Shown here one piece after another: positions 40,501 to 50,844 of a DNA stretch of 64,000 nucleotides. This DNA comes from Guillardia theta CCMP2712 (taxonomy: Eukaryota; Protista; Cryptophyta). The stretch spans positions 6,852 through 70,851 of the forward strand of contig NW_005434615.1 in assembly GCF_000315625.1 (NCBI RefSeq), read 5' to 3'. A program made the position numbers and the translations under genes. How positions within the stretch are numbered: the stretch's first letter is position 1; each line of letters starts with the position of its first letter. Under the pieces are notes generated by a model. That model was given only the letters and a program-made list of their open reading frames with translations, did no database searches and was not told the origin of the DNA.

Positions 40501-43500
40501 CTCTGAGACAGAATTCTCGGGCTGTTGTGTGACTTCAACACTTGCGGGCTCAGAGTGAAAGACAGAAAAGGGAAGGCTTGAAGTGGTGCCAGTGGCGCAA
40601 AGCTGGCCTTGACATGAACTAAAATTCAGTAAGACACGCTGATCAAACGTCGAGTTCAAAATCAAGAATTTGAACTCTGCATATCCGTTGATTGCACGCT
40701 GGGTTGTACATGGGGGCGAAGAACATACGATGTATCGCAATGACTGCATAGTCAGCTGCACGAGTGAAGTGTTGTCGTCGGGTACCAGAAAATTGTTCCT
40801 GTCAAACAGTCCAGCTACCACTCGGAGATGCGACCCAGCCTGCACAGCATACGGTTGTGAGAGGACGAATATCCTTGAAGATGGCTCAGTCTTCACTTCG
40901 AATGAGGACGACACATTCTTGACGACTTCATCGTAGTAGAAGGTGAGCTTAATCGAGGTAAAGGCTGTGTTGATCTGTAAACTAGTGAAGGTTGCATAGC
41001 CATTCACAGTGACAGCTGACAAGTTTCCAGACAGACAGTTGCATGCCTTGATCCTTCCTTGTACAAACTTGCCATTTTCAATCATGCCAGCACTGAATGG
41101 CAAACACAAGTCACTTGCACAATCATCCGAGCTTGAAATTCGAACTGAAAGATTCACTGCACTGAGGCTATTGCCGGATTTGTCAACAAGAATGATTCTT
41201 GGCTGCAGCCTCAGAGGCTGACCAACTTTTTCAATCGTAGGATTTCTACATGCAAGACAGTTGGTCTGGAGCAAGGCTGGAGCTGCAGTCTCTGGAAGGA
41301 CCTGAAACATGTTGCTGTTGATGACACTGGAGCCACAAGAAAATAGCCAAGGAGCAACCGGATCGACCGCACAGAGGGGATATCCAAAGGAAAAGTAGTA
41401 GCGACCAGCGCGATTGACTTTCAGATCCGTACAACGAGCAACTCCGTTTTCTCCGTTACAGATCATCCTGTATGCACACCCAGGACGCTGAGCCAACCCA
41501 GTGTAGTTGACGTTCTTTATCAGGGTCTTATCTTTGGAGAAGTTAGCGAACATCGCCCCGGAATAACCAAGTTGACTAGGGCACCTCCCGTCACACAGCA
41601 CTCCATTGATTTCACAAGCACCCAGACATGGGGCATTGCTAGAGGTGTCCAAACATTGCGAGGCATCTCCATTATCATAGAACAGCCTCGCCTCAAGCTG
41701 AAAACGAGGCAGGTGCGCCATGTACAGGAAATCTGACGTATACAAGGCAACCATGACAGGTTGAGACTTCACATCCAAGATGTTCCTGAAAAGCAAGTCA
41801 GTGCAACGCAGATTATCACACGTCTTACCTGGAGGCGATGGTATCGCTCGGTTGGGACTGGATCCTAAGAGCTCTTATGGTGTACGTGTTGAATGGCTGT
41901 GATACTGACAAGACTTTTCGCCCATGAACAAATTCAGCAGCGGGGCTACAAATAAAAGCGGAGCCAATCACTTCGCAGGCGCTCAGATTAGTCGCGACGG
42001 CTTCAAGCGCGAGGCCAAAATCATTTTCTCGACTTGGATCCAGAACGATTGACAGGTCTGTGAAGTAAATGAACCCCTGATTTGTATTGAATCTTGGAGA
42101 GTAATCGGTGGTACATCTTGCACAGGAGACATATGTGTACGGATCAATATTTGAACCTTGTAGAAATCCTGAAACTCTTTTGGAATGTACACGAAGTGTC
42201 AGAGTGTATGGCAACAGAACTGTATTGGCAAACTGATCGCTAATCATCACAGCGGGCTGCGGATTCATTGCCTCTTTGTTGGAGTTGTTAACAGGCTGTT
42301 GTACGTATGCTATCATTGATATAGGTCCATGCACCACATTGAATGTGGGGGTGTTTTCAAGGAACAAAGCGGTCTTCAACTCTAGCCAATATGTACCAAC
42401 TTTTGTCACTGTAAGGTCAGTGAATGATGCAAACCCGTTGTTGGTAACAACAACTTTGTTCCCCACAAGAAGGTTTGAAACAGAACCTCCTCCTCTTAAA
42501 GTACAAGTGACAGGCTCATTCTGCAAGTTGACTTGATTGCCGTAGAAATCTACAAATTTGACTGCTGGCTGGTTCGCAAAAGGAAATCCTGCAGTTGCAC
42601 CGCGAGGAGGATTGTTTGCATCCGTCCACGCTTCACTCCTGGGGTAATTGGCAACGACCATCTTGTCCAAGATGTTTTCAACGATCTGAAAACTGGATGT
42701 GGAGATGGGTCCTACAGTTTGATTCCCTTTCGTGGCCAAGAATCTGATTCGAACCCCACTAGCCTTTATCTCAAAGAGTAGATTCGGGAAATAGGCAACA
42801 CCCTGCCAAGTATGAGCCTGAGGTGAATTCGGAGTATTGGTGAAGTCATTTGCATTGAGTTGTAGATCTGAAGTCCATTCCCTGTAATTGATACAGCTGC
42901 TATCCGTGCATTGAAAAATTGCTGGACTCACCCCAGTCTCAGAAAAGACAGCCGTCGTTGATAGTTTGATGTTCCAACCTTCGCTAAGTATGGAATTGCT
43001 GTACGCATCCACCAAGTTGATGGTGGGTATCGAAGTTAGTCCTTTCCCCGCAACAGTGGCCGGTTGTACGTCATGAAGAAGCAACAGACGATCTGCACTT
43101 GCAGCAACAACTGAAAACTGTGTGATGGAGCTCATCATCCCACCAGATGCAAACATCATGTGAAAATTTGCTGCAGCACCGAAGAATTTCAGATCCGTGA
43201 ACGTTGCTTGTCCTTCAACCACTGAAAGAAAGGTAGTCCCTTGAAAAAGGGCACTTGAGCAAACTTGTACGTCAGCACGAAGATTGCAAGGTTGTTCATC
43301 AAAAGTCAGTGAGACTGTTCCTTGGTAAGTCATAGACCTGTTCCACGAATCAGAAAAACGGTAGTACTTTTCAATTGTCACGTTGAAAGGAGGGATGGAT
43401 TCCCCAGCTACTATTGAGCTCAACTTGAAATCAAGCAGATTAATTCGACCATATACCACATTAAAGGAGTTTGAGACTACAAAAAGCTCTTGATTGCTAC

Positions 43501-44017
43501 CGACCGAAAACATCAGTTTGAAATCTTTCCCTGCAGCAGGGATCATTAGATCTGTGAACCTCGCAACTCCATTCACAGTTCGCACGCTTGTGTTTCCAAA
43601 GAGGGTGCTGCATGCAGGGTTGTTGAAGAGAGAGGCTGTTACCCAAGCTGCGACCTCAGTGCATTGTAGCTGAAGGTTGCAATACTCAGACCGGATGTTC
43701 CCGTTCACGTCCAGCAAAGCGATACTTGGTTGTTGACCAGTGACGAACTTGAGCTCCTTCCCAAACGGCCATTCAGATATTGCACCCGAAACATCCTTCA
43801 CAATGCCTAGATTAACGACTCCATTCAAAAGAACGTCGCTTTGCACGTCCTTGAGATAAAACGAATTCCATGGTCCATGGAACGAATGAGTCCAGTTGCT
43901 CCAACGAAAATGTTTCCTGTTTCTATACGGCAAGTTGCCAATTGCGTGATCCGGCTGACATGATATTAAAACAAAACAATAGAAGAAGATGGTTATGAAA
44001 GAAGCTTTTCGAAGCAT
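17203..44017 (-). CDS. Giant single-pass cell-surface protein (~8,800 aa): signal peptide, dozens of Ig-like repeats, EF-hand-like pair, EPTP repeats, FG-GAP repeats, REJ, GPS-like motif, EGF-like domains, TM and cytosolic tail
   Basis: The ORFs of 759, 2402, 2521, 122, 93, 1494, 127 and 1393 aa join through short GT-AG introns. Three introns were checked in frame: 41786-41828, 34502-34591 and 26980-27029. Signal peptide MLRKASFITIFFYCFVLISC; TM WVMMAGVPVIVVGFLVAVYLY. Confidence 0.85.
34521..34577. repeat. Compound (CAA)n(CAG)n microsatellite inside an intron
   Basis: Direct sequence; lies within intron 34502-34591. Confidence 0.95.
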
Positions 44018-44407
44018 TGTTTGAATTGTACAGTCTGACTTCCAAGGTACATAGTTGAACATGGAATGTGACAAAGGCAAGAGGTTTGACATGAACATGA
44101 CCAAGTTTACAAGATATGACGCACACAGTCTTTTCCAAAGTGTCGCCAGAAGTTAATGATGACAAGAGTTGAAACGAGGGTCTACCGTGGTTTACAAGGT
44201 GTACGGCATTGTCAAGCGGAAGGCAGAGCAGAGAGTGACAGCGCCAGAGAAGAAGAGAGAGAAGGGAAAGAAAGAGATCAGAGCAAGGAGGAGGATTCAG
44301 CTGAGGGAAGGTGAGCGAGCATAGGTCTTGACGAGCGAGAAGGCAAGTGGCGGCAAACCCGAACCACGACGACCCTCTCCGGCCATCGCACCTATTCAGA
44401 GGAAAGG

Positions 44408-44541
44408 ATTTGACTAAAGACAAACAAATTTTCACTATAAGACCTGTATTTTCACTACTCGAGGTCGAAAATTGACTATTGATACCTGAATTTTTGACTA
44501 TGGTGACGAATTATTGACTACAAGACTCAAGATATTGACAA
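44408..44541. repeat. Degenerate ~21-bp-period array of TT(G/C)ACTA motifs, 7 copies
   Basis: Cores at 44411, 44432, 44452, 44473, 44495, 44515 and 44536 (last copy is TGACAA). Confidence 0.75.
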
Positions 44542-45149
44542 GAGCACGTCACTTCGCTGCAACCACCCCCACCACCAATAATGGAGTGGAAAGGACCCCC
44601 TCTGCACCCTACACCGAAACCCAATGAAAGCAACAAACTTCGGGAAACCCTCAACACAAGGAACGAGAGGATGGGAGACGAGACGAGAGGGGAGATTGAT
44701 CACTTCTTGCCAACGACATTGCTGTAATGGACAATCTACCGCAGAAGAAATCACCTCCGCAGAGAGTATCAACACAGCACACTAGAAACAATCACTATAC
44801 CTGGAACATACACCTCCGTCGAAACTATCTACCGAAGAAACTGTCTCTCACTTCTGAGAAATTGAAAGACTTCAATGGTGACAGTACCGGTTATCAATTG
44901 GTGCGATACTCTGCAAATTCAACTACGATGAAATTCCAAGGGCCAACATACGGTGTGGCATAGAAAAATCATAGTTGTTGGATCATAAATTATTCAGTCT
45001 AACTGTCTAAACTATTTGTAACATTCACTCAAGTTTTCTGTGATGCTCTTGGACGGAAGTTTTCTTGGCTGGGGCACCCAGCAGCCTGTTCCAAAACCTG
45101 TAAAAGCAGTTAGATTCCATCAGTGAAAATATTGTTGTTAAGCAGAAAC

Positions 45150-46391
45150 TTACTTAGTTCCACCCCATCTGTTTTCAACAACCCCAGGCAATTTGTTATC
45201 ATGCACTTGCTTCTCCGGTTGCAGGAAGCTGAGGAGCGGTGCTTGTGGGTTCTTGATCACCTGGTTTCGAGACACCGTGACGTCAGAAGCCACCCCCTCC
45301 GGTTTTGCTCGCAGAGAAATCTGCTTCTGGGCAACTTGGTGATTCGCCCGCAAGGCTTTCCATGCCATGTTGGCGTCCGACAGTTTGGAGTGACCTTTAT
45401 CTCCAGAGAACATCGAGCTGACGCATGAGTACAAGTCATGGCAATTCTTGTCTTTTACAGGCTGGGGATGCTTCCGCAGCTGTGCTGCAGCCTGCTTTGT
45501 CATCTTTTCCTTCTCTGCTGCAATGATCTCAGGTTTCTCCGACCACCAACTATAGGCATTCACTCCCGGCAGGCGGTGTCTCTTGGGGGCAGCATTCTTC
45601 TTGTTTGGCTGAACAACCTGGTCGCCTAACGCAGTTTCAGCTGCATTGAGGAGCGTTTGATGTTTGATGTGCTTCTCCAAGGGTTCTGTGACCGGTGCCC
45701 TCCCTTCAAGAGCGCGTCTTGCCTGTCTGAATTGTTCGATCTCTCTCTCCAATTTCTCATCGCGCGCGGAGTCATGGGTCACCTCTCTCTTCTCGTTGTA
45801 CCTTTGAAGAGCATTGTGATACTTCTCTTCCTCAGCCTTGAGAACCTTTTCAAGATGATTCTCATCCGAGTCAGAATGAGATGAGTGACGAGAATCCTGC
45901 TGTTTCGGAGCATTCGAATTCGATCTTGACCCATCCTTTTCATGTCGGATATGTCTTATCTCCTCATTGTTGAGCTCTAATTGCCTCCTAATCAATCTCT
46001 CATCACGTTGGAGGGACCGGATTGAAGCTCGCCTTGACTTCAACTGCTCTATTTTCTGGCGCGCAAACTGCTCTCTCTTCAGCCATTCTTTTTCTGCAAC
46101 TTTGATGAGATCAGCCTCTTCCTCGTCATGTTTGCGAATCCCGTCCAAACTCTCAGCCTTTTCAGCAGCATCCTCAGCTGTCCTCTTCCACTTTGCTAGC
46201 TTAGCAAGATCATGGGAATCAACAAGTTCGGAGCGCTCAACCCGGGTATTAACAACAGACAGTAGCACGAGTATGGCAAGAGCTCCTGCCAGTAAGCCCG
46301 TGTATTGAGGTTTTAGCGCCTCCTGTACAAAAATTTTAATTCTGGAGGACGTGCATTTGGATGCTGTGTAAGTCACCCAGGGATCAATCAC
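45150..46391 (-). CDS. Hypothetical protein with N-terminal TM/signal anchor and coiled coil
   Basis: 413-aa ORF with GLLAGALAILVLLSVV followed by charged helical sequence. Both ends may be spliced differently. Confidence 0.7.
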   Translation of the reverse strand: MIDPWVTYTASKCTSSRIKIFVQEALKPQYTGLLAGALAILVLLSVVNTRVERSELVDSHDLAKLAKWKRTAEDAAEKAESLDGIRKHDEEEADLIKVAEKEWLKREQFARQKIEQLKSRRASIRSLQRDERLIRRQLELNNEEIRHIRHEKDGSRSNSNAPKQQDSRHSSHSDSDENHLEKVLKAEEEKYHNALQRYNEKREVTHDSARDEKLEREIEQFRQARRALEGRAPVTEPLEKHIKHQTLLNAAETALGDQVVQPNKKNAAPKRHRLPGVNAYSWWSEKPEIIAAEKEKMTKQAAAQLRKHPQPVKDKNCHDLYSCVSSMFSGDKGHSKLSDANMAWKALRANHQVAQKQISLRAKPEGVASDVTVSRNQVIKNPQAPLLSFLQPEKQVHDNKLPGVVENRWGGTK

Positions 46392-47743
46392 TACCCACAG
46401 AGCTCTTACACAATATCAAGGGAAAGTGTTGAGGGGAATTTGAAGTGAGGTGTGCAGAAGACGAGGAACATAGGAGGACGTCAGCCAACAGCACAGCCGT
46501 ACCGCACCGTTGCAAGGGGAGAAACCGAGAAGAGGAGAGGCAGAAAAGAACGAGAGAGGGTGGGGGTTCGAGACCATGACACTTAGTTTGCGAGTTAAAC
46601 AACATTGTCGTCTAACATGCCCTCCAGCTTTCACTCGCATGACATGTCCACTCCTTACCTTCCAACCCTTCATGGCGCCAGACGAACAGTCAACCCAAAG
46701 CCCACTGCCTAAACCTTTATCTAAACCGCACGTGACCTAAACCAATCGACGGACCGTGACACCGTTTTGGTCCGAGTCTCACTGAGTTCGGAGCCGCGGT
46801 CGGACCCGGGGCACGGTCCGGCCCCCCCGGTTTGTTATGAGGAGCTCCTGTTAGAAGTTGTACTGTGCCAAAGTCACGCAGACACTGAGTCCATCGACCT
46901 CAGTTGCAGTCCGATCTGGCAACAAGACAGTTTTTGCTCAATACCGAGTTTAATCAGTGTACACAAACCGTGCCGTCATCGACTCCTGAGTTGCAACAAG
47001 ACAGTTTCAAGTTTTTGCTCAATACCGAGTTTAATGCACACAAACTGTGACTCCAGAATTGAGGAGCACCGTGATGATCGGACAGTCGCCGCGACCGGAC
47101 TGAGCCTCCGAGATAGACGCCGCCGGAGGCTGTACTATGCTAGGATCACGGTGTGACCGACGGTCGGCCACTGGGCCGGGCAAGCATCCGAGTGCCGGGC
47201 AGATCGGACATGAGCCGGGACAGTGAGGCCGCAGTTTGCAAGACGGCTAGGAAAGCCCCCTGAGTCTCGCTACAGGAGGCAGCCTTTTTTGTTTACTCGG
47301 CGCTATCTGGGTGACCGTGCGTCAGGCTGGCCGTGACCGTCGCCCGCGGCTGGCATACGATCCATCAAAGATAGACTGTATCGCGCGGGGCGGCTAGCCC
47401 TGACTCAGTGACCCGATGTAAACCCCAACCGTCGGCGGAGCCTCCGTCCGTAGCCTGAACGGTACGCGGGACCGGTGCGCCTCACCGTCACTGACGTCAG
47501 TTTACCGTTGCCGCCGCCCCGGCCTACTGTAGTACCGTAGACTGTAGACGGTACGGTACGGTACAAGGCCGCACCGTCCGAGCCGCGGCGAGGCCGGGCC
47601 GGGCCCGGGCCTTCGTGTCCGATCCCCGTCCGATCCGTCACTGACTCCCGGAGACCCGGGCCGCGTCACGAGCTCAGTACAGCACGTGCAGACGCTCCTT
47701 GCTGACCTGATGCCTTGAGCTCTCTCCTCGTTTTCTCTCCTCC

Positions 47744-49679
47744 ATGGCTGATGATAACACGCCTGCTAAGCGTGAAAGGGCCGAAGAGACTGAGGATTCT
47801 GAGCCCTCTAAGCGACAGCGCGATTCTGAATCAGCTGTTCCAAACTCTAAGCAAGAGGAGGAGCGTGCAGACAAGGATGTTTCAGAGCAAGGGCTGAAGA
47901 AGTTGCTCATAACCGGCATCCCTGGAGTGAGACAAGATGCGCTTCAAGGTTCGCTGAACAGATCAGCGATTCCCTTTCATCGGCTGCAGAAGAAGAAGAT
48001 GGAGAAGGATGCGGAAATTTGGTTGCCAGATGATCCTATCATCATTCGGGTAACTTTTGATTTCTGCTCTCTTTCGACCTGATTTTGTTGTTCTCAAGGC
48101 TTGTAAGCTCATTCTGAATGGAACGTGCGTGCATGGCCGGAAGATGCAACTCAACGATGGGGAGCAGAAGGCAGAGGAGGATTCGAGCCGCACGCTATCT
48201 CAGCAGGTGACTGCACTTGCCGATATGTTGTATGAGGATCAAATCTACTTCAAAGAGCATATCTTGCGTGCGTCGCTTCGGCGTGTGACGCAGGACCTGT
48301 CGAAGAACAAGTACAACTTGGAATGGCTCAAGTCTTGCAGCAGAGGCCCGTGTTGCAACCTCGAGAAAGTTTACCACTCGCCGCAGATCCGAGGTTACAG
48401 GAACAAGAATGAATTCACTATCGGTTACGATCGAGATGGAAAAGCTACTGTCGGCTTTCGATATGGACGGTTTGCCGATGGCGACAGTTCGGTAGGAAAT
48501 GCAGATCAGTGCTTGCACATTCCTGCTTGTGCTTTGAAAGTCGCAGAGGTCGTGACAGATTTCTTGCGCAATTATCAAAAATTAGAATGTTGGGGGGCAG
48601 CAAAGCATACCGGAACCTGGCGTATGGTCACCGTCCGAAACAACTCTGAGAACGACGTGATCGCTGTCGTTCAATACTCTTCGTCGAACACCAAGAAGGA
48701 AGAGCTGGATGAAGCGCTCGCATGCCTTGATCAGCACATTCGAAGCAAAGTGGACTCAGGAGACTTGACCTTGACATCTTTCTTCTTGCAGGAGTACAAC
48801 GATGTGAGCAATCGAGCCAACGATGACTGTCCTGTTCGGCTCGTTTGGGGCAAGCCGTTCTTCCACGAAACCTTGATGGACCTGCAATTCAGAATCTCTC
48901 CCAGTGCATTCTTTCAAGTCAACACAAAGGGAGCAGAGCTACTCTATGGTCTCGTAAGGAATTGGGTTGGAGCGACGGGAACAGAGACAGTGCTCGACGT
49001 TTGTTGTGGTACTGGAACGATTGGAATCTGCATAGCTTCAGGTGCTTGTTTGTTTCGATTGCATCGCCGACTTGTTCCTGCAATGTCTGTGATGCATTCA
49101 AATATTTGCTACTCTTGAGTGTTCAATGACGACACCTTTCCACCAAGATCGCTGAGACGTTGCTGCTGTTGATGCATTAATAATCCAGTGCGAATGTGTC
49201 TTCGTTCTGAATCCTTTTTAACAGGTGCGAGAAAAGTGATAGGCATAGAATTGTGTGCTCCAGCCATTGAGGATGCAAAGCTGAATGCGGAGAGGAACAA
49301 GATTTCCAATTGCGAGTTTCTCGTAGGGAGGGCTGAAGATCAGATCGACGCTGCTATCAGCCAGCACGTCAAAGACGGAGACAAGTGCGTCGCTGTTGTC
49401 GATCCACCCAGAGAGGGCTTGCACTGGAAGGTGATCAAGGCGATTCGCAAATCTAAGGAGATCGAACGTGTCGTATACGTGTCATGCAATCATGTCGCAT
49501 GGGTGGAGCAAGCTCGTCAGTTCTGTCACCCTTCGGACGACTCTCGTCACCCTGGTGAACCTTTCGAGCCAATCAAGGCCATCGGCGTCGATCTCTTTCC
49601 CCACACTCCTCATATTGAGCTTGTTGTTCTGCTTGAGCGCGGGAATACTCTGAAAGAAACAAAATCTTCTAAGTTGTAG
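47744..49679 (+). CDS. TRM2: tRNA (uracil-54-C5)-methyltransferase, TRM2/TRMT2A-like
   Basis: Motifs GYRNKNEFTIG, FRISPSAFFQVN, LDVCCGTGTIG, VDPPREGLH, VYVSCN and DLFPHTPHIE. Introns at about 48050-48098 and 49042-49204. Confidence 0.9.
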
Positions 49680-49727
49680 ACTATGTATATTGAAACTATT
49701 GAGAATGTAAATGCCCAACTGCATACG

Positions 49728-50777
49728 TTATCCCGACCTCTCTAGCTTTGGTCGAGTCATCAAGTAATACACAAGGCCGAAGAACGGAACAGACCTGGCA
49801 ATGAAGAGCGCAGAATCGTTTCTGTATCCTCTCCTTCTCATATCATCGGGGACTAGCCAACCCTGGAAGATCCAAAAGACCAGACTGTCGACTGCGAAGG
49901 AATGTGCAAGGCGGTCCGAGGAGGAGACGAACTGCCATAAAGTTTCCAGCCGGGTCGCGGCATCCCCATACTCTGCTCCTCTGGCATATGCCCCCCATAA
50001 AACTGACACTACGAACACAGAGGTAAGCAAGAGAGGCAGCGCCTTGCTCTCTGAGATTCTCAGCTCGGCATCGCTACCCTGCGTATCAACTGCCCCGGAC
50101 TCTTGCAATTTTTGGAAGGACTCTCGCAAGCCCAGGTAGGGAAGATAGAATACGTTGGTCAAGAATGCTGTTCCTATCATGAAGGGCAGCATCGGAACTT
50201 TCTGCTTGTTTCCATCCGATAGGAATCCGAAGAAGAGTGCTCCCCATGCAACCACAATGTTGAAGAAAGCCTCCAACGCTGGGTGGAGATTCGGTGAGAA
50301 GTCAGGGAATATAGCCGGCATGATGAACCAGAAGTTAAAGCTCAAGTTGATTGCTTCCAAGGTGACAGGCCAGCCAATATTGCACATCTCTCCTGTTTGA
50401 CCCCCACATGGAGCATCGCTGAAGAATACATGGAAGATGTAAAGCACCCAGGTTGACCAAACAGCAATCTTTGGGAGGAGCTCGGAGTACCCCATCTTCT
50501 CTTCTACGCTATTATCACGATTATCATCAAGATTCGCCCTTATCCTGGTTCTTCGCAGATGACGTGAGGGTGTAAGTGAGACGCGTGTTGTCCGTGGTGA
50601 GCCAAGCATTTGAGACAATTTTTGAGCAGACAACCCCGGCAGGGATGATGTTCTGACTGAGAGCATAAGGGGAGGTGGCCGGGCTATCATGCTTGATCCT
50701 GCTGCCGTGGCATGAAGAAAGCCCTCTGCGCCGGTACCAGCGCTGCATGCCAGCAGCATGAGAATCCACCACGCCAT
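49728..50777 (-). CDS. Multi-pass membrane protein, probably plastid-targeted (DUF2834-like)
   Basis: Signal peptide ending AEG-F, a Ser/Arg-rich transit-like region and about 6 TM helices, including HPALEAFFNIVVAW...FYLPYLGLR. Confidence 0.75.
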   Translation of the reverse strand: MAWWILMLLACSAGTGAEGFLHATAAGSSMIARPPPLMLSVRTSSLPGLSAQKLSQMLGSPRTTRVSLTPSRHLRRTRIRANLDDNRDNSVEEKMGYSELLPKIAVWSTWVLYIFHVFFSDAPCGGQTGEMCNIGWPVTLEAINLSFNFWFIMPAIFPDFSPNLHPALEAFFNIVVAWGALFFGFLSDGNKQKVPMLPFMIGTAFLTNVFYLPYLGLRESFQKLQESGAVDTQGSDAELRISESKALPLLLTSVFVVSVLWGAYARGAEYGDAATRLETLWQFVSSSDRLAHSFAVDSLVFWIFQGWLVPDDMRRRGYRNDSALFIARSVPFFGLVYYLMTRPKLERSG

Positions 50778-50844
50778 GTTCGTTTACTAGTCTGTGCAAT
50801 CAGTAATCACCCCTCCTTCTCAGCATCCACAGTGTTCGATCCAT

